This document shows, one piece after another, positions 1-7,846 of a stretch of DNA of 41,848 nucleotides. Positions within the stretch are counted from its first letter, which is position 1; each line of letters begins with the position of its first letter. The stretch comes from a virus (lineage: Duplodnaviria > Caudoviricetes). The stretch is from positions 1 to 41,848 of the IMG/VR virus record IMGVR_UViG_3300048579_000420; one strand, given 5' to 3'. The notes beneath the pieces are model-generated. The model saw only the letters and a program-made list of their open reading frames with translations. It searched no databases and was not told where the DNA came from. A program made the translations under genes and the position numbers.

Positions 1-324
1 TCAAGATAATCTGGTAAATAACGCAATCAATAGAAAGATAGCACCGACTAAGACCACCTTGATAAGTATGCCATTTTCTTTACTCATTCGCTGCTGTTCG
101 AGATTAGCTCTATGTTCAGAACTGCTAAGCGAGGAGGCTCCCCCGATCTTCTCCCTGTACGACAACCCGGAGCCAGGGATGCCGACGTTTACATGAACGT
201 CTTTCTTCCCGACATTCGCCGACAGACCTCGTTTGCCGACCGAAACGCTTGTCAGTCCACTCTTCCCGAAATTCGCTCTCACGCCGGGCAGTATCTTGAT
301 ACTCTTGCGAAACCTAAAACCCAT
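1..324 (-). CDS. DUF4236 domain membrane protein
   Basis: N-terminal MGFRFRKSIKILPGVRxNxGKSG..S.S.G..IPGSGLSY signature; C-terminal TM helix. Confidence 0.85.
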   Translation of the reverse strand: MGFRFRKSIKILPGVRANFGKSGLTSVSVGKRGLSANVGKKDVHVNVGIPGSGLSYREKIGGASSLSSSEHRANLEQQRMSKENGILIKVVLVGAIFLLIALFTRLS

Positions 325-339
325 ATCAACACACCTCCG

Positions 340-801
340 TTAAAAATTCTGGACCTCGACAGGTAAAAAAACAGGGCCATTGCCCAGCACCATGCAAAGC
401 CGCCGGTGAACCATTGCCACCGACACCTCACAGGCTTCCGCAAGCTGGTAGTACTCCCAGCCCTCACGCCGTGCGCGGTCGAGGATGGCATGAGGAATCA
501 AGTAGCGAGCTGCCCAATGCCGAGCCTGGGAGTCCTCGTGACATTTCCATGGCCCAAGGGCGTCAAGGAAGCTGAACCCGCCATGCTCTAGCTCCAGGTG
601 TCCGAACTGAAAACCAATCGTCTCGTTGCGCTCGACAGGCGATAGGGAGCGCTCCACGAAGATAATCGCCCCCATGGGCATCACCGTAAGCATGCTCCGA
701 GCCCCATACAAGGATCGAGGCACCACCGCCACGTTATGTCGCCTGGCGAGCAATTCGAAGCGCTCAAGCGCCCCTAGTTCGCGTCCTGCTCTTCCGACCA
801 T
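340..801 (-). CDS. ImmA/IrrE-family protein with degenerate active site
   Basis: Directly downstream of the XRE repressor; ERNETIGFQFGH..H and QA..WAARYLIP..LAEACEVS..MV.RRL pattern; HExxH replaced by FQFGH. Confidence 0.75.
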   Translation of the reverse strand: MVGRAGRELGALERFELLARRHNVAVVPRSLYGARSMLTVMPMGAIIFVERSLSPVERNETIGFQFGHLELEHGGFSFLDALGPWKCHEDSQARHWAARYLIPHAILDRARREGWEYYQLAEACEVSVAMVHRRLCMVLGNGPVFLPVEVQNF

Positions 802-1247
802 CGCCGCAACCTCTCCGACTGCTTGACTGCTTCTGCGATCCCCCAGAACAACTCCCTCCGCATGGGGTGGTCAGGCGGCACGTCCAGGATGCCGGGCATC
901 CCGTCGAGGTGGACCGAGATCCCCATGCGCGTCGCCTGCTCAATGATCCCCCACTCCAGATCGGTAACCGGATGCTCGCCGTGGGTGGGGCGCTCGATGG
1001 TTGGAGGGGCCGCTACCGATGGTTCCTTCCCCTCCGCAAGGTCGTAAAGTGTCTGCGCTGGAATCTGCAGGCCTTTAGCAAGTTTTTTTAGCGTTTCTCG
1101 CTTCGGCGGATTTGCAAGCTGACCTGACTCCAGCATGCTTACAGTCCCCTTAGCCACCCCTGCAGCATCGGCGAGCTCTACCTGACTAAGTTTTAGCTGT
1201 CCTCTCCGGGAGGCTACAAATTCACGCAGGCGATCAATAGGAAGCAT
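774..1247 (-). CDS. XRE-family phage repressor (CI/ImmR-like)
   Basis: LSQVELADAAGVAKGTVSMLESG HTH; divergent from cro-like gene. Confidence 0.9.
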   Translation of the reverse strand: MLPIDRLREFVASRRGQLKLSQVELADAAGVAKGTVSMLESGQLANPPKRETLKKLAKGLQIPAQTLYDLAEGKEPSVAAPPTIERPTHGEHPVTDLEWGIIEQATRMGISVHLDGMPGILDVPPDHPMRRELFWGIAEAVKQSERLRRWSEEQDAN

Positions 1248-1259
1248 GGCAACCTCTCA

Positions 1260-1371
1260 GACAATATCTTGTCCACAAAGTTTAACAATTTGACCGGACA
1301 AATAATTGTCTTAATGTCTTGACTTCGGACAATAAATTGTCTTAAGGTAAGGGCGTGGACAATAAATTGTC
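1260..1371. promoter_or_regulatory. Four palindromic operators GACAA-N4-TTGTC
   Basis: Copies at 1260-1273, 1297-1310, 1328-1341 and 1358-1371 between divergent HTH genes. Confidence 0.9.
1319..1348 (+). promoter_or_regulatory. Putative rightward (lytic) sigma70-type promoter
   Basis: TTGACT (1319-1324), 18 nt, TAAGGT (1343-1348); operator 3 lies in the spacer. Confidence 0.55.
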
Positions 1372-1392
1372 CGGCTAAATTGCAAGGAGGGC

Positions 1393-1623
1393 GTGATGAA
1401 ATTCAACGGAGCAAGGCTGCGTCAGCTCCGAGAAGAGCGGAAACTGTCGCAAGAAGAGTTAGCCAGGCTGGCTAAGGTCGCCTTGGGGTCTATCAAGAAC
1501 TGGGAAACGGGAAAGACCAACCCCCGCGATCCAGAAGCAGTCTCCAGGGTTGCAAGTGTTTTAGGTGCGAACGCTTCTACTTTTTTTGATTTCGATGGAC
1601 GAAAAAATGACCGCGCCTCCTGA
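1393..1623 (+). CDS. Cro-like XRE HTH regulator
   Basis: LSQEELARLAKVALGSIKNWETGKTNP HTH; AAGGAGG RBS. Confidence 0.9.
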   Translation: MMKFNGARLRQLREERKLSQEELARLAKVALGSIKNWETGKTNPRDPEAVSRVASVLGANASTFFDFDGRKNDRAS

Positions 1624-1753
1624 CCCCTTCGCCCCCGTCTTCGCCATCCTCTCCAACCCCGACAGCTACCTCCCCGAAGCCGTGGCCTTCGCTCGGCAGC
1701 ATGGCCGCTGGCCGACCGGGGCCGAGATGCGGGAGATGCCCAAAACCGCCTAG
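1607..1753 (+). CDS. Hypothetical protein (48 aa)
   Basis: ATG overlapping the cro 3' end; fills gap in operon. Confidence 0.5.
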   Translation: MTAPPDPFAPVFAILSNPDSYLPEAVAFARQHGRWPTGAEMREMPKTA

Positions 1754-1766
1754 CAAGGAGCCCACC

Positions 1767-1916
1767 ATGCACTCCCTCGCCACCTTCGACCACCTCCCCA
1801 TCCACGAAGTCACCGCCTACGACCACGAGGCCGGCATCGTCTTCGTCCGCCTCTGCGCCCGAGGGCCCGTGTACCAACTCCCGATGCGCGAGATCGTCGT
1901 CAGCCTGACCGCCTAA
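1767..1916 (+). CDS. Hypothetical protein (49 aa)
   Basis: AAGGAG RBS, ATG at 1767. Confidence 0.6.
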   Translation: MHSLATFDHLPIHEVTAYDHEAGIVFVRLCARGPVYQLPMREIVVSLTA

Positions 1917-1935
1917 CGCCAGAAAGGACGCCACC

Positions 1936-2166
1936 ATGATCCGCTCCATCGTCGGATACGTCTCTAACCTCGACCTCCGTTTCTATTGCTCGGCCGCCTG
2001 CGCTGGCACTGACGACCTCGATCCCGTCTTCGCTGGCGAGCAGTGGGACAGCATCCCCTCTTGCTCTTGCGGCAAGCAGCCCGAAGGTCTGGTTGACTTC
2101 TCGGCCCTCCCTCTCCGGGCCCGCCGCCTCTTCATTGACAGGCCAGTTCACCGCCTAGCCCAGTAA
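1936..2166 (+). CDS. Cys-rich hypothetical protein
   Basis: AAAGGA RBS; CxxxC and CxC motifs. Confidence 0.6.
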   Translation: MIRSIVGYVSNLDLRFYCSAACAGTDDLDPVFAGEQWDSIPSCSCGKQPEGLVDFSALPLRARRLFIDRPVHRLAQ

Positions 2167-2206
2167 CCAGGCTGGCCGGGGAGCATCGAGGCTCCCCTTA
2201 GGACTC

Positions 2207-2264
2207 GCCCGACCATCCCCCACCTACCAAGCGCGGGATGGCCGGGCTCCCAGAACCTTGAAAA
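2207..2264 (+). promoter_or_regulatory. Putative nut-like antitermination site (hairpin plus boxA)
   Basis: 13-bp stem 2207-2219/2235-2247 (one mismatch) followed by GAACCTTGAAAA (2253-2264), matching the rrn boxA form familiar from cyanobacterial ITS. Confidence 0.6.
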
Positions 2265-2562
2265 CTCCATCCCTCGCAAGAGGGCCTATGGCACCGGGGG
2301 GAGTACCGGGACCAAGGGGGATGCGACGTGTGACCGGCACAGAGCACGTCGGCAGCGGTCGGTAGGACGACCGAGGCTTAAGTCCCCGTGCTATCGGCAA
2401 GCCTTCTGGTGGCACAGGGGGCTCGCCGGGGGAATCGGGGCCGGCGGTTATGAGACGCCCGCCCCGGTCGGTTCCCCACCCGGTCTTGAGGGGCCTGGTG
2501 GAGAGCCGACTTTTTCAGCCTAACCCACGCTTGCTTGGTTGAACCCAGGTTAAGGAGAAACG

Positions 2563-2907
2563 ATGACCAACGACGACGCAAAGATGGTCGAAACCCTGCG
2601 CCAATACGTGCTTTTGACGAATGCGGACTACGGCCACAACGGGCCCCAAAACCTCACCCAGCTTAACCTCATCGGCGAGGGCCGGAAGACCTTGGACGAC
2701 CTGATGGACCGGCTCCCCTACGGCTCCTACGAGTACGGGCTTTGCCGGGGGCTCACCCGGATCCTCACCGCACTCCAGCTTCACGAGGAGGCGGAGAAGG
2801 GCCGCCACGGGAAGGTGATCGCCGTCCAGGATAAGCACCTGCTGGACCTCAAGGCAGCGGTGAAGCGCTTTGAGGGGTTGGCGACGTTGCACGCGAAGGA
2901 GGACTAG
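2563..2907 (+). CDS. Hypothetical protein
   Basis: TAAGGAG RBS; 114-aa ORF. Confidence 0.7.
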   Translation: MTNDDAKMVETLRQYVLLTNADYGHNGPQNLTQLNLIGEGRKTLDDLMDRLPYGSYEYGLCRGLTRILTALQLHEEAEKGRHGKVIAVQDKHLLDLKAAVKRFEGLATLHAKED

Positions 2908-3090
2908 ATGCAGCACCGAGAGATTTACCCCGGCATCTTCGTCCTCGAAGGCAAGGCCCGCCCCACCCTCATCGAGCGCGTGGAGGCCTTCTTCGGGACC
3001 GCCCTGGGGACCGCGATCGGGTTGGGGATCTTCGGGATCCTCTACGTGATCGCCGGGACGATGGATTACGCCGCCCTGGTGGGGCGGTAG
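2908..3090 (+). CDS. Small membrane protein
   Basis: AGGAGG RBS; single hydrophobic helix. Confidence 0.65.
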   Translation: MQHREIYPGIFVLEGKARPTLIERVEAFFGTALGTAIGLGIFGILYVIAGTMDYAALVGR

Positions 3091-3110
3091 CAGCAAGGAA
3101 AGGACGAGAG

Positions 3111-3869
3111 ATGCAGTTCACCGACGAAGAATGGAAAGAGAAGGTCCAACTCCATAAGAAATGGCGACTGGGCGACCCGACCGGCGCCCGCTTGGTCCTT
3201 CCTTGGGGCGCTGACCTCCGGGACGCTGACCTCCAGGGCGCTGACCTCCGGGGCGCTGTCCTCCAGGGCGCTGTCCTCCAGGACGCTGTCCTCCAGGGCG
3301 CTGTCCTCCAGGACGCTGACCTCCAGGGCGCTGACCTCCAGGGCGCTGACCTCCGGGGCGCTGTCCTCCAGGGCGCTGACCTCCGGGACGCTGACCTCCA
3401 GGGCGCTGACCTCCGGGGCGCTGTCCTCCAGGGCGCTGTCCTCCAGGACGCTGACCTCCAGGGCGCTGTCCTCCGGGGCGCTGTCCTCCAGGACGCTGAC
3501 CTCCAGGGCGCTGTCCTCCAGGGCGCTGGATCACTCCCCCATCACCAGCTCTGCCCCGAGGAGGGCGCTTTCATCGCCTACAAAAAGGCCGGAAACCACG
3601 TCCTGACGCTCCTCATCCCCGAGGACGCCAAGCGCGTCTCCTCGCTCATCGGTCGCAAGTGCCGCGCCTCCAAGGTCCAGGTCATCAAGGCGGAGACGGT
3701 GGAGGGCCACGTCACCGATCAGCTGGAGTTCCGCAGCCGTCACGATTACACCTTCGTCTACCGCGTCGGCGAGACGGCCGAGTGCACGGATTTCAACGAC
3801 GACATCCGGATCGAGTGCGCCCCCGGCATTCATTTCTGGATGAGCAAGCGCGAAGCCCAGGAATGGTGA
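3111..3869 (+). CDS. Pentapeptide-repeat protein with DUF5758-like C-terminal domain
   Basis: 21 (G/D)A(D/V)L(Q/R) units; C-terminal LLIPEDAKR..RKCRAS..ECAPGIHF motif. Confidence 0.9.
   Translation: MQFTDEEWKEKVQLHKKWRLGDPTGARLVLPWGADLRDADLQGADLRGAVLQGAVLQDAVLQGAVLQDADLQGADLQGADLRGAVLQGADLRDADLQGADLRGAVLQGAVLQDADLQGAVLRGAVLQDADLQGAVLQGAGSLPHHQLCPEEGAFIAYKKAGNHVLTLLIPEDAKRVSSLIGRKCRASKVQVIKAETVEGHVTDQLEFRSRHDYTFVYRVGETAECTDFNDDIRIECAPGIHFWMSKREAQEW
3207..3527 (+). repeat. 15-bp tandem repeat x21
   Basis: G(G/A)CGCTG(A/T)CCTCC(A/G)G, 21 full copies plus a partial copy. Confidence 0.97.
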
Positions 3870-3881
3870 GAGGAGAGAAGG

Positions 3882-4226
3882 ATGCAACAAGAAAAGCGGC
3901 CCTCCGTCGTTGGCGCGACGGAAGGCCAGGAGAGCGGCGGTCAAACTGCTCGCATGGATTATAGCACGCTCACGGCTGCGCAAGCCGCCCTCCGGCGTTT
4001 CTACCGGCAGGCGGAGCACGCCAACCACGACGGCTTGCTGGATGCCTACCTCGTCCAGCTCGGGGAGGAGCTGGTGGCCGTCGGCAGTGAGATCCGCCGG
4101 GCCGAGGTCGAGGCCCTGGACGCTTGGCGCAAGAGCAGCGGACACGAGTTCATCACCCAAACCGAGGCCTATGCCCGAGCAAACGAGCGCCATCAAGAGC
4201 AGATGCGCGAGAGGGAGGCGAGCTGA
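3882..4226 (+). CDS. Hypothetical protein
   Basis: Purine-rich RBS; TGATG coupling to next ORF. Confidence 0.65.
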   Translation: MQQEKRPSVVGATEGQESGGQTARMDYSTLTAAQAALRRFYRQAEHANHDGLLDAYLVQLGEELVAVGSEIRRAEVEALDAWRKSSGHEFITQTEAYARANERHQEQMREREAS

Positions 4227-4441
4227 TGAATGCGCGAATCACCCTCGACGGCGATCCCACCTGCCCTCACTGCATCAACGGCATCCGCCAGGTCGAAGAT
4301 GAGCGGCGGTGCTGCGACGGCTACGCCTGCGGCTGCTACGGCCAGCCCATCGTCGACGTCATCGGCCAGGACTTCTGCGAGTGCCCGGTGGGGCGCGAGC
4401 GCGCCGAGCACGAAGCCAAGCGTATGGAGGTGGCGCGATGA
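4226..4441 (+). CDS. Cys-rich (zinc-finger-like) hypothetical protein
   Basis: ATG 4226 after GGAGG; CPHC, CC..CGC, CEC. Confidence 0.65.
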   Translation: MNARITLDGDPTCPHCINGIRQVEDERRCCDGYACGCYGQPIVDVIGQDFCECPVGRERAEHEAKRMEVAR

Positions 4442-4614
4442 GGCGCTGCGAACGCTGCGGGATATCCGCAACCGGGCCTTACCAACTGCTCGACTACTGC
4501 GCGACCTGCGCCAAGAACCTTTGCACCATCTGCATGACTCGCGGATGTTGCGGCAAGGTCCCGGCAGAAAGCGGCAGCGAGGCCGACGCTGAGCCCCTTG
4601 AGAACGAGGAGTAG
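4438..4614 (+). CDS. Cys-rich hypothetical protein
   Basis: ATGA overlap, GGAGG RBS; three CxxC plus CC. Confidence 0.65.
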   Translation: MRRCERCGISATGPYQLLDYCATCAKNLCTICMTRGCCGKVPAESGSEADAEPLENEE

Positions 4615-4616
4615 CG

Positions 4617-4694
4617 ATGCACGCCTACACCCACTGCCCCTACTGCGGAAACGATTACCGGGGGCCTGCGTGCCCCTGTGGAGAGAAGCTATGA
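4617..4694 (+). CDS. 25-aa zinc-ribbon microprotein
   Basis: GAGGAG RBS; MHAYTHCPYCGNDYRGPACPCGEKL; ATGA overlap with next gene. Confidence 0.55.
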   Translation: MHAYTHCPYCGNDYRGPACPCGEKL

Positions 4695-5077
4695 ATCGAA
4701 TCGAAGAGATTGAGGCGCGGCTGAACGCCATTCCTGACGACAGTTGGCAGCTCTACGAAGGGGACTGGGTTGTCAGTCTCAAAGACTCTCAGGGCAAGCA
4801 GATGTTTGCCGGCGCAGCAAGCCGACTGCCTGAAGCTCGCCTTGCGGTCAACGCCCCCACCGACCTGCGCTACCTGCTCGACTTCGCCAAGGTAGCGCTC
4901 GTGGTCTTCAGGGCCTGGGAGCAGTGGGAAGCCAGCTGGATCCTCTGTGGAGAGGCCTGGGATACACCCAGCGGACTCCCGAGGCTCACCCAAGAGCTTT
5001 ACGACGCCTATGTTCCGAAGATCCAGCAGGCCCGGAATCAAGCCCTCGCCCTCCTGGAAGGTGGTGGCCATGCCTAA
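4691..5077 (+). CDS. Hypothetical phage protein
   Basis: MNRIEEIEARL..W..AxxAPxDLxxLL pattern common in phage early genes. Confidence 0.7.
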   Translation: MNRIEEIEARLNAIPDDSWQLYEGDWVVSLKDSQGKQMFAGAASRLPEARLAVNAPTDLRYLLDFAKVALVVFRAWEQWEASWILCGEAWDTPSGLPRLTQELYDAYVPKIQQARNQALALLEGGGHA

Positions 5078-5432
5078 CTTCGAGCACGACTGCATGGAAA
5101 GCGATTGCCCTGAGTGCGGCTACGGAAGCCAAACAGGCGGCCCCATTCCCTCAGAGAAGCCCCCGATGATCGTTGACGGCATCCGCGCCCACTGCCATCA
5201 CTGCGCCACCGCCCCCGACCGGGTGATCCAGGACGACGAGGCCGGGAAGGTCACGAGTTGCGAGTGCGGGAAGTACAAGCTGCTCGACTTCCGGGACCGC
5301 GGCGACGTGATCCGGGAGGCGCTGGAGCGGGCACCGCGCAACACCTTCACCGACTCCCTCCGCGCGCAATTCGAGGCGCGGGGGGATTTGAGCGTCAAGC
5401 AGTATGAGGCCCTGATGCGGGCCGTGAAGTAG
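5070..5432 (+). CDS. Cys-rich hypothetical protein
   Basis: Overlapping start; CxxC motifs; C-terminal F..SL..QF..RG.LS.KQ motif. Confidence 0.65.
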   Translation: MPNFEHDCMESDCPECGYGSQTGGPIPSEKPPMIVDGIRAHCHHCATAPDRVIQDDEAGKVTSCECGKYKLLDFRDRGDVIREALERAPRNTFTDSLRAQFEARGDLSVKQYEALMRAVK

Positions 5433-5440
5433 AGGTAAGC

Positions 5441-6055
5441 ATGACGATTGAGAAGCTTGGCGCGAGATTTGAAGCCAGCGCCCACAAGAAGCACCCCACC
5501 AAGGGCTACACCTACGTCTCCATTGACCTGATGATCGGCCGGCTCAACGAGGTCTTCGGAGTCGACTACTCGACCGAGATCATTGAGACCAAGATCGGCG
5601 CGGACTTCGTGATGGTCCAATGCCGCATCTCCTACGCCGACTCTAAAGGGGAGCGCCATTTCAAGGATGGAATCGGAGCCTGTCCTTATCCCAAGAAGGG
5701 CATGGACATTGACGACGTGTGCAAGACCGCATACGCCGAGGCCATCAAGAAGGCCTGCAACCAGCTCGGTATTGCCCTCTACCTCTGGGACGAGGACGAA
5801 CGGAAGGAGGTGGAGCAGGAGATGCGGAAACCGAAGCCCAAGGATGCGCCCAAGGGCTCGCCGGAAGACGAGATAAAGAAGCTCATGGACGCCACGCTCG
5901 CCGAGATTCGGCGCTCGAATTGCCCGCAAGAGCTTTTCGAGGACTGGGCCAAGAGCAAGGGCTATCCCACCATCCGAGCCAAGATGAACGCCGAGCAACT
6001 GCGGGACGCCTTGGACTACCTCAAGGCCCTTCCGAACGCAAGCAAGACCGCATAA
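5441..6055 (+). CDS. Rad52/Rad22-like single-strand annealing protein (Sak-type)
   Basis: YV....RLNEVFG and K.A..EA.KKA..QLGIALYLW motifs; next to ssb. Confidence 0.85.
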   Translation: MTIEKLGARFEASAHKKHPTKGYTYVSIDLMIGRLNEVFGVDYSTEIIETKIGADFVMVQCRISYADSKGERHFKDGIGACPYPKKGMDIDDVCKTAYAEAIKKACNQLGIALYLWDEDERKEVEQEMRKPKPKDAPKGSPEDEIKKLMDATLAEIRRSNCPQELFEDWAKSKGYPTIRAKMNAEQLRDALDYLKALPNASKTA

Positions 6056-6064
6056 GGAGACACC

Positions 6065-6439
6065 ATGCACGCACAGATCACCGGGATCGGCCGCCTGATC
6101 ACCGATCCCGACACCAAGTTTTTCGATGGCGGCAAGAGCAAGACCACGCTCCGAGTCGCCATCAATCACTCTGGCAAGAAGCCCGAGGGCCAGCAATACC
6201 CCAACAGCGATATTTACTATGTCGAGGTCTGGGGCCCCAAGGGCGAGGCCGCAGCCAACAAGCTCTCGAAGGGCGATTCGGTGTTCTTTACTGGCCGCCT
6301 GGAGACGAGCAAGGGCAAGGAGGGCGGCACCTTCCTGACCGTCAAGTTTGCGGAGTGGAGCTTCACGGGCGGGGCGCCCAGGCCGAAGCAGGATGGCGGC
6401 TACGAGGAAGGAGGTTGGGATGCAGACGTACCCTTCTAA
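6065..6439 (+). CDS. ssb: Single-stranded DNA-binding protein
   Basis: GRL..DP, VEVWG, L.KG..V...GRL OB-fold motifs; acidic DVPF C-terminus. Confidence 0.92.
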   Translation: MHAQITGIGRLITDPDTKFFDGGKSKTTLRVAINHSGKKPEGQQYPNSDIYYVEVWGPKGEAAANKLSKGDSVFFTGRLETSKGKEGGTFLTVKFAEWSFTGGAPRPKQDGGYEEGGWDADVPF

Positions 6440-7411
6440 CGAACCCCTGACCCCGCCGAGCTGGCCGAGGCGAGGGAGCTGTGCGAGAGAGCGGTTGAAG
6501 GGCCGTGGGCCGTAGAGGATGGCGTGATTGCGAACGCCGAATGGCTCGACCTGCATGGCCCCAAGAAGGTCGCGGCCGTCGCTGTTGTTGAGCCCGGGGA
6601 AGGCGCAAGCGGAGACTTCATCGTCGCCGCCCGCACCCTCGTCCCCCGCCTCCTCGCCACCCTGGACGCCCTTACGGCCGAGGGGCGCCACTGCCCCGGC
6701 TGCGGATGCGCCACGGTGCGCGACCCTGATTACTGCTGGGTCTGCAACTTGCTGCATGAGCGCGATGTCCTCGCCGAGGATCTGCGGCTTGCCGCCGGTG
6801 ACCTGCCGATCGTCCTACCTGAACCCGGCACGGACCTGGCCCGCCTGGTGACCGCCAATCGGCTCCTGCGGCGAGAGCGCGACACTTACGCCGCCCAGCT
6901 CGCGGAGGCCCTGGCACTCCTGGCAGAGACGCGGCGGAAGGCGGCACGGATCCACTCGATGGCTCAAGCGTCATGGCTGGCGAGAGACGATCAGCAATGG
7001 CACTCGGACCTTCACGCCATCCTCCAGGAGATCGCCAGCCTCCCCGCCCCCGAGGCCCTTCGCCAGCAGCAGGAGCGCGAGGCGGAGATCATCGCCGACA
7101 ACGCCAAGCTCGCCGACGAAATCAACATCAAGGATGCGCTGATCGAGCACTACCGGGAGGCGCTGCTCTACATCGCCAGCAGCCGAGGATCCGGCCTGAC
7201 GGGTGTCTTTCGTCGGGTGGCCGAGTCGGCACTTAAACTCACCCCGCCCCAGGCCCTGCGCGAGCGGGAGGAGCGGATGGGGGCGCTGGAGCAGGTGGTT
7301 GAGATTGCTCGGTATACTCATTTCCTTCAATCGCCAGCAATGCTATCCCGGCAACTTGGGGCTATGAAAGATGCCATCGCAGCCCTTGATTCCGTGAAGG
7401 GAGGCGTCTGA
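6420..7411 (+). pseudogene. Ead/Ea22-like protein interrupted by a frameshift near 6451-6454
   Basis: AGGAGG+ATG 6420 gives MQTYPSNEPLT; the continuation PAELAEARELCERAVEGPW is in the -1 frame and runs on into ORF 6524-7411. Confidence 0.55.
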
Positions 7412-7569
7412 TGTTTGGCGATCTGACGTGCGCTCAATGCGATGAAGCCATAGCAGGAAAGCCGCTCTACATGGACGGCTGGTTTTACTGCGGGCAGACG
7501 TGCTTCCGGGCGCATCTCAAGGCCTTCCGTGAGGCCCTCGACGCCAAGAAGGGAGGCCAGCATGCCTAG
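7411..7569 (+). CDS. Small zinc-finger protein (52 aa)
   Basis: GGAGG RBS, TGATG coupling; CxxC and FYCxxxC. Confidence 0.6.
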   Translation: MFGDLTCAQCDEAIAGKPLYMDGWFYCGQTCFRAHLKAFREALDAKKGGQHA

Positions 7570-7846
7570 GCACGAGCTAAAGATCTGGCCGACTTTCTTT
7601 GACGCCGTGCAGGATGGTCGCAAGACGTTTGAGGCTCGCCTGGACGATCGCGGCTACCAAGCTGGAGACACGCTGATCTTGCAGGAGTATCAGCCGTCCA
7701 TTGATGACGACCCAGGCGGCTACACTGGGCGGGCGCTGGAGCGTGAGGTTACGTACATCCTTCGGGGGCCTGGCTTCGGAATCAAAGAGGGCTATGTCGT
7801 GATGGCAATCGCAGCCCTGAAGGCGCTGGAAGGGGGAGAGGGATGA
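7562..7846 (+). CDS. DUF3850/ASCH (PUA-like) domain protein
   Basis: HELKIWP.FF.AV..G.KTFE.R.DDRGYQ.GD.L.L.EY signature. Confidence 0.88.
   Translation: MPRHELKIWPTFFDAVQDGRKTFEARLDDRGYQAGDTLILQEYQPSIDDDPGGYTGRALEREVTYILRGPGFGIKEGYVVMAIAALKALEGGEG

Noticed and set aside
3207-3527. Tandem repeat as a CRISPR array or DGR variable region
   Set aside because: No spacers, in-frame coding, no reverse transcriptase or template/variable repeat pair seen
3118-3534. Antisense ORF of perfect GGQRP repeats
   Set aside because: Shadow of the pentapeptide gene: its variable second-codon positions fall on wobble sites of this frame; no RBS or unique domain
5198-6757. Long antisense ORFs (also 23393-24916, 27422-28732, 30328-31386, 15575-16669)
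   Set aside because: Mirror frames of well-supported sense genes in GC-rich DNA; no motifs
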